A stretch of 64,000 nucleotides of DNA from the human T2T-CHM13v2.0 reference genome, Homo sapiens: the NCBI RefSeq assembly GCF_009914755.1, contig NC_060937.1. One strand, given 5' to 3'. Position 1 is the first letter of the stretch. Every line of letters begins with the position of its first letter. The notes beneath the pieces are model-generated. The model worked only from the letters and a program-made list of their open reading frames with translations, ran no database searches and was not told where the DNA came from. The position numbers and the translations under genes were made by a program. Shown one piece after another: positions 17,503 through 32,785 of this stretch.

Positions 17503-17632
17503 ATCTGGGCACAGTGGCTCATGCCTGTAATCCCAGCACTTTGGGAGGCCAAGGCAGGAAGATTGTTTGAGGCTAGGAGTTTGACACCAGCCTGGGCAAC
17601 ATAGTGAGATCCTATGTCTACAAGAAAAAAAT
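17503..17632 (+). mobile_element. FLAM_C Alu monomer within a MIR
   Basis: Single left-arm monomer with A tail, degenerate TSD aattaaatgaga/aattagatgaga. Confidence 0.8.
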
Positions 17633-18378
17633 AATTAGATGAGAATGTACCTGTTTAAGGCTGCACTGTGTAAGAGCTCACAGACTCACACAGAGTTGCT
17701 CATTGACACCAGTTATCTGGTTATTACGAATGTTGTTCTTCTTTGCCACTCATTTTGCTCTCTAATTCTTTGATAACCAAAACAATCAATTATAAGCTGT
17801 AACTCGGGGAAAAGGGAAGTGGACTTGCGTATTACTCTGCCCAAGAGTTACACATTGCCAAGGGAAGAAATATGCAGGCTGAAGAATCACAAGGTAGGTT
17901 TTGGGCATTAGGGTCTTTTGTACATATATGTTTTCTAGCCTGTAACTGCTAGGAACAAGCAGGCTGGACTGCGAGCATAAGATGAGTCTAAAATGTGTTT
18001 GAGAGTGCATGTGTGGATTGGTGTTAAATCAAGAAACTGGCTTCTCCTTTTGGTGTCGTGAAAGAACACAGTTGCATATAAATTCACATTAAATTCACTG
18101 ACACCTCCTCCTGCAAACAAACACCAAAATTCTTTATGATAGAATGGTTAAAACCTTAAACTTGGTCCACATGTATGACTAGAGTTGTATTGAATTGTGA
18201 CTATAAAGTCTGCATCTGTATCTTTCTACCCTCCCTCCTTTTTTCCCTTCCATCTTGTTTGGGACCATCAACTTTTTGGCTCTGTGGGGCTCTGCTTTGA
18301 ATATCTCTGAGGAACTTGGCACTGTGCATAATATGGAAACTGAATACTTAACTGTAGATTCAATGATATAAAGGAATA

Positions 18379-18699
<321 letters not shown>

Positions 18700-20566
18700 A
18701 GGAATATTCTTTAAATTATTGAATAAAAAATATGACACTTTTGTTTTTATTCCAGTGAAAGGTGGAAGTTTTGAAAGTATTGCTGTCTAGCATATGAAAC
18801 ACGTTACCAAGCTCTGACAGTTTAAAAATAGAGCTCTTTATTTTAAAACAGTAAGGCCATTTGCTGAATAGTATCACAATTATTTCTCTAGTACTCAGCT
18901 TTGTTAAAACTGCCTCATAGTCATTTTTTAATGTTACCTTTACAAATTAGAATTCATTGACCATTCTAACAGTGATGTACCAGAGTAAACTGAATAATTT
19001 CACATAATGACGATGCCGTGGTAAGGCAGAAACATGAACTTCTCTCAGTATCACTGTTTTGACTGTCAGCTGTCATGCAGTTTCAACACTACACCTATTT
19101 CAACAAAGTTTTGTTCACTGTATAAGATTAGACATAGCAGAGGAAGTAATTTTAAGTACAGGATAGTGCGTGTGTGTGTGTATGTTGGGGAGGTACCACC
19201 ATTATTCTCTGTACATGGGTCAGTCATATTTGTAAGCCAAACAATGTGGACATTGGAAAGTCAAAAAACTCCAAGACAGAAAACAACATAAGGGAAGATT
19301 TCTTTTCATACTTTTACCAACCTCCTTCCACTGCTTTATCTAAATGTGTACACACATAGGCACATGCCATATCTTTTAACGCTTATAATTCACTGGGCCT
19401 ACACATGAACATCTGTCTTCCTGGGGGACACACCATTTCACCTGGAAAACCATTCTAGTCCACAGTGAGCTGGTGTTGAAAGTTCTTCCTCTGCATCGAG
19501 GCTTCCTGTGAGTCCCAGATGATGGTTCTAGACTGTGGCCGACGCATAAGTGGCAGTCGACCCATAACAACTGCAAACATGTTTAATTACTATAACAAAA
19601 CGTTAATTCTCACATTATATTTGAGTTAGTATTGGACTGTCAGGAATTTAGTAGTTCTCTTAATGTTTAGTTTGATAGTCACAGACCCATTTATAGAGAT
19701 GACTCTTCAGGACTGCCCCAGGGAGCATATGTGACCTCTTCATATGTTGTTGGGTGTTCTATCACATTGTTGGGAAAGAGTGAGTTTTCTTATTTCACCA
19801 ATTGACAACATTGCTCCTATACTCAACAAAAATTTAAATGAGGGTTGGAAAAGCTTTCAATTTTTTGCCCCTAAAATTGTACCCCCAAACTCCAGTACTC
19901 CATATTAGTATGTACGAACTCTGAGGAAATGCTGAGAAAGCTGGAGACTATCTGTTACTTGCTGACAGTCTTTTCCTGTGTCTAGTTCACTTTCTGAGGT
20001 CCTTCTGTGTCTAGTTTTATGGTCCCTTTGCTAGTATTTTGTATGGATGGTTGATGGGTGCAATGTGCAATGCAGTATTCCAAATATTTTTTTTATCATG
20101 TGTCATGCACTTAAGTAGACAAGAAGCTATTTTCAATTCAGTGCTGGTGTTTGCCATAGAGTTAAATACGTTTTTTATAGAAATCAACCTGTGATATTTA
20201 TAAATATTTTAGAAGAGTAGATTATAAGAAAGTTAACTGACTTGGATTTTAAACCATAGTACTTTTTATATAAATAGTTTAAAGATATTGATTTAGCATT
20301 CTTCACAGCCAAGTATGTTTTCTTATATATCCTGAAGATAAATTTATTATGTGCCATTTTTTTGAACTATTGTGTTAAGGGACATGATGAATTTTGATAT
20401 TTTGAGATACAACCATTAGAAAAAAATGAAGAGAGTCTGAATATGTAGCCCTTTAAAAGAAACTTATGTGCTGCTTACTGTTTGAAATACATTGAATATT
20501 TTAAAATTAGGACAGCATCAACATGGCTCCACATATACCCGTGGAACAATTGTTACAACAAATAGA

Positions 20567-20878
20567 GGCTGGGCATGGTAGCTCACACCTGTAATCCCAG
20601 CACTTTGGGAGGCTGAGGCAGGTGCTTCGCCTGAGCTCAGGAGTTTGAGACCAGCGTGGGGCAACATGGTGAAACCCCATCTCTATCAAAAGTACAAAAA
20701 ATTAGCTGAGCATGGTGATGCACGCCTGTGGTCCCAGCTACTTGGGAAGCTGAGGTGGAGGATCGCTTGAGCCTGGGGGGTGGAGGTTAAAGTGAGCTGA
20801 GATTGCACCACTGCACTCCAGCCTGGGTGACGGAGGAAAACCCTGTCTCAATTAAAAATATTAATAGTAATAATATAA
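20567..20878 (+). mobile_element. AluJ/S
   Basis: Sense Alu, TSD acaaatagag. Confidence 0.9.
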
Positions 20879-22044
20879 CAAATAGAGCTGTGGTTGAGTT
20901 ATGCAGAAGTGATGAGCTAAGATGTATTATCTGCTTAGTAAGACTTGAAAGACAGTCTCTAACTAAAAAGGTGAATTGTTTGTAAAACCTTTTTGCCAAG
21001 GTTTATGTTCTCCATAAAATTCTCAAATACAATTTTGCGGAGTCTTTGCAGAATGATGTCAGTGCTAGTATTTACTTTTGCTTTCCAGTTCTCGTTCGTG
21101 GCATTTTTGTATTCCACAGGCTGTCATGTACCTCTCATTTCCTGTTTTGTGCATATAAAGGTAACTTGGTTGGCGAATCGATGATATATAGATCAGGTAT
21201 TTTATTTTTAGCCTTCCATTGCATAAGAAAAATCTAGGTTCATTTCGTCTGGGGCAGGCTCTGATTTCTGTTTGTAGCCAGCACTCCTGGTGATTTTGCT
21301 GAAGGCGGTCCTCATTTGTTGTCACCCTCATGCAACAATGTATAGTTCATAGGAATTTTTTGAAGATTAAATGAGTTAATATGCATGAGGCACTTTAAAC
21401 AGCACCTCACTGAGTGCTTTATATATTTTGCTGTTGCTGTAGTTGCATTTTAGATAGTGTGTTTGACAACAACTCTCCCATCAATTTTGGAATGTACCAC
21501 TTGGGTTTTACAAAAAAAACCAGGTATTGTCTTGTATTAGTAGAGATTAAAAGGTAAGGTGCATATCGAATAGGATGAATGTGTTTCAGGAACAAACTAG
21601 AAATGTTTTCTTTTTGCACTAACCTGATTTTGAAGATTAATTCTAGTTTGCCTGAGGTTATCATGGAGAACTTTAAATTATTAAACATGTAATGGAAAAA
21701 ACATGCAGTGTAATCTTTCTCTCTTTCTTTCTTTTTTTTTCTGTAATAGCCTGAGTGGGAGGGTAATTAGCTATAGTATAAGGAACAAAACATAACAAGT
21801 ACATGAGTCTTGGCTCTACCAGGGACCAAGTGAATGACCTTAGGTCAAGTCCATGATTTCGCTGAGTCTGACTTTCCTTGTTTGTTTGATGGAAACACAC
21901 TTCCCTAGAAAGCATGTCGGGAAGCTAAATGAGATTTCAGATGCAAAAATGCCTAGGACACAGTACAGTGGCCGTGGATATCGTATATCCCTTCCTGTTT
22001 GACAGGTTGGGTAGGCTTGTTGCTCTTTTTTCTTTCTTTTTTCT

Positions 22045-22290
22045 CTTTATTGTGGTAAAATACACATAACATGAAATTTATCTTCTTTATTATATTTAAG
22101 TATACGATTCAGTAGTGTTAAGGATAGTCACACTGGTGTGCAGCCAATCTCCAGAAAGCTTTTCATCTTGCAAAACTGATACTCTGTCCCTGTTAAACAA
22201 CTCCCTGTTCTTCCTCCCCGTGCCCCTGGCAGTCACCGTTCTACTTTCTGTCCCTGTGTATTTGACTTCTCCAGGTCCCTCATGTAATAG
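22045..22290 (-). mobile_element. L1MB 3' fragment
   Basis: ttgtggtaaaatacacataac...ttcatcttgcaaaactga motif. Confidence 0.7.
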
Positions 22291-22341
22291 TCTTATTGCT
22301 CGTTGATATAGTAATTACAACTTTACCATTACAAGGAGTCT

Positions 22342-22605
22342 TGCCTGGGCATGGTGGCTCATGCCTGTAATCCCAGCACTTTGGGAGGCTGAGGTGGGAG
22401 GATTGCTTGAGCTCAGGAGTTTGAGACCAGGGCAACATGGCAAAACCCTTTCTTTATGAAAAATACAAAAATTAGCCAGGTGTGGTGGCATGCGCCTGTA
22501 GTCCCAACTACTTGGGAGGTGGAGGTTGCAGTGAGCCAAAATCATGCCACTGCACTCCAGCCTGGGCATCAGAGCCATACCTGTCTCAAGAAGAAAAAAA
22601 CCAAA
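22342..22605 (+). mobile_element. AluJ with internal deletion
   Basis: Sense Alu missing part of the right arm. Confidence 0.85.
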
Positions 22606-24602
22606 AGCAGTCTTAGTACTCTATCACACGGTCATTTTTGGTGGTGTTTTTGTCCTTTTTCTATGCTTTATCTCATGTCTTGCTGTGTACCACAGTAAGC
22701 ACCACTTTTTAAAAAATAGGTATAAATGATTAAAGGAAATTCAGATGACTCCCCCACCCCCCACCCCCCATTTTTGCTGTCTGGTTGACTTTACCATTTG
22801 CATCTTTCCCTGACAACCCTGGCTAGGTTGGGATACACCAGGACCAGGGTACAGAGTCATAGTGCCCAGGAGGACGCTTGATGGGGTGGGTATAGATTTT
22901 AAACCAGATCTGCTTTTTTGTTGAGTGGATTGTTTTCATGGCACTGGCGCTGGTTCAGTCTCTCGTGTCTCCACCTGTGACAGAGTTTCCCTTTCACCTT
23001 CCCGATTGCTGGTGGTTATCGTTCTAAAACAGCCAAGGCACTGTGATTCTCCCTGTTGAGGGACCATCGCTGCTTCTCTTTTGTCTCCAGTAAGATACAC
23101 AAGGCCACTCTCGTTCTATTCCCGGCTTACCGCACCATCTCCCCAGGCTCCTCTTCCTGTGTCTGGCTGCAGCCTTTAATCACGGCACTTTCCCTGGAAC
23201 ACTGTCTCCTAATCTACTCAAGTTCGTCCTCCTGGAGGGCCCTGTTTTTCAGGCTCAGGTTGCATCTCTGTAAGCAAGCATTTTCTTCCTCGTCCTGCAT
23301 CTCCACCGTTTGCAGGCGGAGGCAGCCCCTCTGTGCCGCAGCGTTTCTCAGACTCTTTTGCTCTGGAACTTAGCATGCTGCACCACATCTATTTTTATCC
23401 ATCTCTGACTCTCCTGCTCTGCTGTGTCATCCTTGATGACAAAGTCTGTCTGTTTCCCCTCGCATCCTCCCCAGCACGACGCACAGTTCCTGCCAATGGG
23501 AAGTGGAAAACCTTTGCTGAAGGACTGCGCTCTGCAAGCGAAGGTCAGAATTGAACAGAAAATGAGAATTGGCTTAATGTGTTGTTCTCAGATATCCCTT
23601 CACACTTAATTGCTTATTGAACAAAGTAGAACCCCCATGGTGATGTGCAGTTACTTATGCCTCGGAAATTGATGTATTGTGTAGTGTTGATGTTGTACTT
23701 TCATATATAAACTACTCCTAAAAGGGGGCTGCCGAGGTAAATGCTTTTAATGCCAATTTCTTCAGACTTGGCAGATGGATATCTACCCTCAAATGGAGGT
23801 ACATTTGGGATTTAATGTGACAGCTGGCATCCTTAGTCATTTATGTTGGTCAAGGTTTAAAACTTGTGTGTTCAACAAATTTTTTTATGGTAGTCGGTGT
23901 ATACTGTCTTGGTGCTTGGTGTTGCAGCGCAGTGGTGGAATATCGAGGGCTCTGCCTGCAAGGTTACTCCTTAGCTTTTCGGGTATATTTGAGTAAGGGA
24001 AGTGTAGTAGAGAACACACATGTTGAATGATCCATTTCCATGGCTAAGTTCGTGGCCCCTTTTTCCTCCTGCTCTCTGGCTCATGCCCTTAGCCTCTTAA
24101 AGAAGTGTTACGGGAGAGAAACTCCGAGCAGCCTCCTGGCCTGTTTTTCCTGAGCCGTAAGGTGGGTGCTTCACTCTTCACAGGGCTAGCCCCGTATAGC
24201 TTTAATTCCCACAGCACTTTCCTTAGAAGCTCTCCTCGCGGAGCACAGCACGGACGGGCCAGGAGCCGGGGCTCCCATGCCTGAAGCTGCTGTCCTCCAG
24301 GAGCCTCAGATGTGAGGCAGAGCCAGTCCCAGCTGGCATCTCCATGGCACAGATGAGGAAACACACCAGAAAGAGTTACATAACTTGCCTGAGTTCCTAC
24401 AGTCGGTGAGCATCACAGGCTGTGTGGGATGCATTAGGGAGTGGTCTGCCTGAGGTGCAGGCAATAAGAAGGTCCACACAATAAAACCCACTAAAAGTCC
24501 ATCTGCTTTTAATCATCTCCGTGTACCAGCAGTAACATTCTCCTCCCTGCAAAAGCCTTCTTTTGGACTAAATTCTAAATAATTGCCGTGACTACTAATT
24601 AG

Positions 24603-24918
24603 TTTTTTTGTTTTTTTTTGTTTGTTTGTTTGTTTGTTTTTTGTTTTTTGTTTTTTTTGGAGAGGAGGTCTTACTCTGTGGGCCAGGCTGGAGTGCAGTG
24701 GTACAGTCATACTTCATTACAGCCTCAAATTCTCCCACCTCAACCTCGTAAGTAGCTGGGAATATAGGCACACGTCACCATGCGTGACTAATTAAAGAAA
24801 AAATTTAGAGGGTCTTGATGTGTTGCTGTGTTGCCCAGGCTGGTCTCAAACTCCTGCCCCTAAGTGATCCTCCCACCTCAGCCTCCCAAGTTGCTGGGAT
24901 TACAGTCACAAGCCTGGC
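24603..24918 (-). mobile_element. AluJ
   Basis: Diverged antisense Alu with (tttg)n tail. Confidence 0.85.
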
Positions 24919-25282
24919 TACTTTTAAAGATTTCACATATGTATATAGCAGATATAGTGTGTATATATATAAAATATACACACATATATTCTTCAATGTA
25001 GCACATATTTATTTTATTTACTTTTTCTTTTTTTTTGAAGTGCTGTTGGACTTGATTTATTTCTTTTAAGTGACGATTATATTCTACGTGGAAATTCATT
25101 AGGAGCATTCCCAGTTAACCCTCTGTCTCCAGTGCCCACAACCAACTGAACAGTACATGTGCATTTTGAGAGCAAGGTCCTAAGAGTTAGGACAGGTCTG
25201 GAGTTCCCTTTGGACACAGTGCTCTCCAGGAGCCCCATGGTGCTACATATTCTGGAGTTAGTTAGTTTATGTACTTATTTAT

Positions 25283-25412
25283 GATTATTTTGTAGAGATG
25301 GGGTCTTGCTATGTTGCCCAGGCTGGTCTTGAACTCCTGGCCTCAAGTGATCCTTCCAGCAGAGACTCTCAAAGTGCCGGGATTGCAAGTGTGAGTCACC
25401 ATGCCCGACGCC
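25283..25412 (-). mobile_element. FLAM / Alu monomer
   Basis: Single antisense left arm. Confidence 0.8.
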
Positions 25413-25858
25413 TGAGTTTACATAGTAGCTATGAAATAGTGACAGTACAGCGTTTATAAACACTAAGAAAGTAGAACTTGAGTTACTTCGATTCTGTCAT
25501 TTTATGTGACCACGTGGGGTTTTTTACATCTAACATTTAAGATAGCAAAACAGAGTATGAACTGCAGGGTATGATATTTTGTTTGGTAAGCTCACATTTT
25601 AGTTTGGTAAATTTTTCCTAGATTCTTACAATTGAAATTCATTAATAATTATTCATTGTTTTAAAATTGAAGACCAAGTCAAGAAAAGAAAATATGACAT
25701 TAGTGGTGTGATTTAGTAGGTGTTTATACCTTTGATAGAGCATTGGTTTTGTTAAATTTCACTTATTAGTTACTTGCCAATTAATGACATAAATATTGTA
25801 TCAGTCTGTAACCAAAGGATCAAAATTCAAGTTGTTACATAGATATAAAAACCATTGA

Positions 25859-26305
<447 letters not shown>

Positions 26306-29244
26306 TAGTTATCACTGAAAGAAATTTTGCCACATAGAGAAGGGGGCTGCTTACAAAAAAAATTCTCTTGGTGTGAAACACACTGGGGACATCAGCACCC
26401 TCAGCCATCATCACAAGATGCCCAGCCTTGACCCAGTCTGGACCCTCCTACTGTTTCTAACCTTTGAGTGCAGCTCCTCCCACCCCGTGTAGTTGTGTTT
26501 CTGTAGATGTAGCACTGCGTCTTATAAGCCCTCAGTTTCCTACTGTGTGAAGGGAAGGGCTTTAATGAGAGTTTTCAACGTTTCCCTCAATTCTGAAATC
26601 CTGTGGTTGAATGGACCCTAAGCTGTGCTCTGATCGTGGTGGGGAAAGTGTTTCCATTACCTGTTGGCTTGTTATTACAGTGACCGCAGCCCCTGCTGTT
26701 TGGAGTGTCTGAGGCAGGTGGGGCCCAGTTTCCTTTGGCAAAAGAAGAAACTGGCAAGACATGGAGGTGGTCCAAGGATGTGGGGTCCGTTCCCTGTTGC
26801 TTTAGTGCCTGCACGAGGAGCGAGGGACTTATTCCAGGTTTCCCTTTGTGCTTGGAAGGAAGATGTATTCTCCATAGGCTCCAAAATTCATTTGTTTAGA
26901 CATTTTAATTACATTTTTTGAATCTGTATTTTTAGCCTGTCCAATTAGTCAGTTTGATAATAGCATCAATCTCCTGTTACAGCTTTCTTGGTCCATTTGC
27001 TTGTGAATTTTGTTTTACATGTTTTCATGTAAAACATAATTTACATTTTGAGTAAAATTTAATTTTATGTAAAATAAAGTGTACCACACTGGTGGTAATG
27101 TGGCTGTAATTTTTACTCTGGCCTTATGCTCATTAATTATTTCTGTCTTAAACTTGGTGGTGATGTTACTATTTTAGCCTTTCCTTTCTTTTTGCTCATG
27201 TTTGTGTTATATGACTACTCATAACTTTGTTTTTAATTTTTTGAAGTTACATAAGAAAATCCCCACAGAGATCCTTTTTCATTTGATGGGGGCGCTTAAA
27301 CCATTTGTTGGTGTAACTTTTTGGTAGGGCATTTTTTGTTTTATGCTTTTTATTTTTGCTTCCTTGGTGTTTTCTCAACTCTTTGGCTTAGTTGAGAAAG
27401 CTCACTGTGGGATTACTAAACATATGCGGGAACCGGAAGTGAAGACATCAGTTGTCATCACGTTGATCTTGCAGAGTCTGTGGACATTCAGGTAGGTGTA
27501 TCCAGAGAAGTTAAATATGCTGGTCTAGACAGAGCTTGTGGTAGACATCCAAGCTGGGGGTGAATTTGATAACCATTTGATGAGTACACTGGTGCTAATT
27601 TCAGCCATACATGGAAAAGATGGTTCAGTGCATTGAATAAAGACCAAAGGCAGAAAACCTCAGGGATGATCTCTGTTTCAGGGTCAGGAAAAGGAGTGTG
27701 GAGGGGAGGTGGCACAGGAGCCCTGGGAGGTGTAGGGGCTAACCAGGAAAGGAGGGCTGCCAGTAGGTGAGCTCAGGTGCAATGTTTATTGATTTGGGCA
27801 AGAAGAAGAGAGACTTCTTTATCAATAGGGTGGAAAGAGCTTTGGGAGTCGGTTTGTGTGTGTGGGTGTCAAGGTGAATCACGTCCACTCTAAAGCTTCA
27901 GTTTACTCCATGAAATGGGGAGGAGGCAGAGTGCTCAAAGTGAAGGGGCTGGGGTAGGGCGGAGAGTTTGAGGAGAGAGAACGGTTGGAACAGCCAGGGT
28001 GGTGCATGGGGCAGGGAGCTGTCCAAGGTCTGTGGCACCAAGAACCTAGGTGACATCAGAAAACACATGTGGGTCAATGTCTGTTAAGGGACCCACTTAG
28101 AATTGCTGTGTTGAATAATGTACTTCCGTTTCTTAATCCTTTGGTGATTAAAAAAATTACAAGGAAAAGATCAGTCTGGGTCTGCTGCATTTAATTGTGT
28201 GTATAGTAGATGTAATCTCCAAGGTGGGCGGTGGGGGTAGTTGGAGGGATCGCTTTGACCTTTCTGCCACTGCAGAGACTCCTGCTGCCAATATTGAAAC
28301 AATCATAAATATCTTATTAGGTTTCCTGGGAACAAAGCTATGCTGCAAAGGGTATGAAAGCCTGTTTGGCAGGGATGAAGGTAGGAAGGATTATATGAAA
28401 AGAGAGGAGACTGTGGGGACACAGCCCGCTTTTCTGTTTGTTTGCCTGCTTGTTTGTTTTTATGAGGGGCAGGCTCTGTGGTATCTGCATCTATATTTTA
28501 GAAGCGCGTTGCTGTTGTTCTGATATTCACAGGGCCTTCATCTGTGTTTAAAAAACTGAAAACATAAGGATAAAAACTGATTTGAAGCTTCTGACATTTT
28601 TATAATTGTTTTCAAACACAGTTAACAGCATCTTCCCTTTTACTGTTTTGGACACCTTCTGTCCGAATCCTTCTAGCTGTGAGCGAATTCGACTTTGTAA
28701 TGATTTCTTTTTTCACAGTGATGTCAGCAAAATCACACAGACCTAGGGGTCCAGCCCGGAGCTTTGCAATGTCCTTCTAGTTCCCTAGAGGCCCTCTGCT
28801 GGCTAGCAGCCCTTGGGTGACAGCTTGCTTTCTTTTCACATCTCTTGCCTCTCAAATCTGTTTAAGATTCTGCTTCTTAAACTGTCTGAATTAGGTGTCT
28901 CCGCAGATTTCCCTGTGGCCAGCTACCTCCCAAACCAAACACCTATGTAAGCCCACCTTGGTTGTTGTTCCTGAGCACGTTGAGGACATTTGGGCAAACA
29001 CAACAAGAACAGGAAGTCGACAACGTTCCAGTTATAACCTCCTGCTGCTGCCCTTCCAGGGTGGGGCTGGGCTTCTTCCAACCCACTTTACCACCTGTCT
29101 TTGTTCAGGAAAGGCCAGAGTGTGCCATTGCCTTGGAAATGGCCTGTGTAAGAGGCTGAGAAGGGGTTTGAATGAGTCCAAGAAGCAGCAGGATTGGATC
29201 TGGAAGGGTTGATGAGGACTGGGTGAGGTGTTGTGGGGTTGTGA

Positions 29245-29667
<423 letters not shown>

Positions 29668-30844
29668 TAAAGTCACTTTTATACTTCCCATGGCTGTGTT
29701 CTGACAGTTTCATACTGTGTATACCTTGATCTGAGCTGTACACCTCAAGCTGCTTGGTTCGAATATATTTCATCTTTCTGGATTAAAACCCTTTGAACAA
29801 AGAGAACAGGATTCTTGCTCATCTTTATACAGGCAGCACTAACTGAGCAGTTTATCCACCAGAACTCTCATCACCAGGGCTCATGCACATTCAGGCTGTA
29901 TGCTCCAACACTAGATGTTCCCCGTGAAACACCCGAGGGTAACCTGGCTGTATTGTCTGACTTCTTTGAAAGGTGCTGTCCTGTGGAAGGAGTGAGGGTG
30001 TGGGCTTTCTTTGCTTGACTGTTTTACCAAGTTTAATTGTAGGAAGCCATTCCTACAATTGATGACTTTATGTAATTATGTAATTAAAATGAATCATTGT
30101 TGAAGAGGAGACTGAGTGGGAGAAAAAGGATTGGGAGCATCTTGGCACATGGAAGCAGCTCTGGGGAAACTGAGAGTCTCACACCCCTGGCTCATGTGCC
30201 ACCTCCAGCTTGGATGTTAGACCACCTGATCATTTTCCTATTGCGTCTGGCTTATTTTGAACCCCTGCATGAAATCTACATTGAAGAGGAGAGAATACTT
30301 TTTTTCTTTTCACATTATAGTTAATTGCTGAAAGAAACAGTTTAGGAAATCTGAAAAAAATAAATAGTGACTTAATCTAAATGGACCTCAATTTCCTCAC
30401 TGGCAAAAAGGAGTGGATATTTGAAGGCTAAATAAATGATGCAAAAAAACAAAATACATGTGAACAAACACATGATGAGCATAGTGCCCAGAACACTTCG
30501 GGTTTTCAGGAAATGTTGTTTTCCTTATCATCAGTAAATTGGAAGGTAACAGAGCTTGATGATTATCAGGTGCTCTGATCTCTAATAGCCCAGGATTTTA
30601 AAAAAAGTCCTATTTACTTAGAGGAACAATTTGTTCTCTTAGAGAGGCACAGGTGGAGTTGACCTTTGTATGCAGGTCACATTTTGGATTAATGCATTGC
30701 TGTGCTTTTGTACTAGAGTATTTAATATTCTTATTAAAATATCAGGAGGAAATGGGAAATCTCAATATTATAATCTGCTTGTGTGGGTTGATGTGTTAAT
30801 TCAGCCCTTTGGATGTAAAGCTGCTCTGGGCACGGCTTATGTTT

Positions 30845-30922
30845 GGCTGGCACAGTGCTGAAGTGTTGAGACCATCGTGCTAATGAGACCAAGGTGCAGG
30901 GTCTGACTCCCTCGGCAGGCTG
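30845..30922 (+). mobile_element. Degenerate tRNA-Ile(AAT)-derived sequence (MamSINE1-like or tRNA pseudogene)
   Basis: gagaccatcgtgctaatgagaccaaggtgcagggtctgactccc resembles tRNA-Ile AGAGCGTGGTGCTAATAACGCCAAGGTCGCGGGTTCGATCCCC. Confidence 0.5.
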
Positions 30923-31552
30923 CGGGGCCCTCAGAGGACCAGTCACCTCCTGCAGGTGTGTGTTCTTCATGTGAGCAGGTGGTGGGGTGTCCACAATATG
31001 TGAAGTATCATGATCAACACAGGTTAATCACCTGATTTGAGAAATTCTTTGAAGTTTGAGGTGGGCCATTAGTAGTATCAAAAACAGAAGGAATATTATG
31101 TGTGATTAAAGTCGTGAAAGGAGCTATTATTTCTGTGAAATTTGTAGGCTTCATATTTTACTCTAACACATTTTAGACTGAGTTAAACACAGAGTAGTTT
31201 TTAGGTTTAATTTAACCATTCAAAAGAATGGTTAGTTTTAGGACTGATTGCCTATTAAATTACTGACGATTAAGGGAAATCAAAAGTTTAATAGCTGAAT
31301 GAAAATTGAGTTTGCACTATCTAATTTGGTTTAGATAATACTTTTTCAGATTTCAGGGGAAAATAAAGGCTGTTTTAATGTATGAATGCACATGAATGTT
31401 TATTTGATTCTGCAGTGTTAGTTTATTTTTCCATTAATGGGAGAATTTGAAGGTGTGTTAAGCCAACCTAAGCAAATATCTATCATTTAGACCACTGCTT
31501 TTTCCTAGTCTATCTCCCCTCTTGAAAATAACTATTTAAAAATAGGATTTTC

Positions 31553-31885
<333 letters not shown>

Positions 31886-32584
31886 CTAGTACTTGTTCAT
31901 TATAATTGTTGCCTGTTTCACCTGATCCATATGCTGTATACCCATACATGTGGACACACGTGCTCCGGATATGAGTTGAAAATTTTGGGCACCCAATACG
32001 GGGCAGGTGTCATGCTCATTGTTAGGATTTAATGGTCAATAGGGTGAGACTTGCAGTGCTGGAGAGATAAACAGGTGCTCATACTATGAATGGTGCATAT
32101 TTGTGAGGAAAACATCAGTATCAAGGCAGCAAATACAGCAGCAATATTTGTGTGCCTGCTTGGATTTTCAGATAGTGGATTCTCACTAATAGAATTTGAT
32201 ATTTCACCTTTAAAATTTCTCATCATAGAAATAAATCAGTAAGCTCTGCCTTATAAAGGGACTCGAGTCCTTCCATGATCACCCATTCTACAGAATGCTT
32301 GTTTACTTATGCACATCTATTTCTGGTTATCATTAATTCTCCAATGATGCTGCAGATTCAGTCTCTCAGACATGGAGTCTACCTTTGTCTTGTTACTGAT
32401 GATGTGCTTAACAGGTAAGCTGATCTTTTTGGTCATAGAATTGGCCAATGTGGATAATCCTGTTAATACCCTACCTCGGCCAAGCTCAGAGGATGATATT
32501 AGATAGCATGAATCTAGTCTGAAAAGTTTTTCTAACACCCTGCAGATGTGTTCAAGTCAAAATTGAAGGTAGGGGTTTAAATAA

Positions 32585-32785
32585 TATTAGGAAGAGCTAA
32601 CATTTGTTGAGAACATACTATGTCCCCGATGCCGTTATAAACATTTTATTTCTGTTAACTCAATGTTTGACTTCCATTTTGCAGATGATGAAAGTGAGGC
32701 ATGGACTGATTAAATAACAAGCCTGGGGCTCATGGCAGACCCAGGAGTGCAGTGGCAGAGCTCATGCTTTTAGCCACTGTGCTTC
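32585..32785 (-). mobile_element. MIR
   Basis: gctaacatttgttgag...ccattttgcagatgatgaaagtgaggc core. Confidence 0.7.

Noticed and set aside
24238-24262. REST/RE1-like motif gagcacagcacggacgggcc
   Set aside because: Half-site spacing and the right half do not fit the RE1 consensus.
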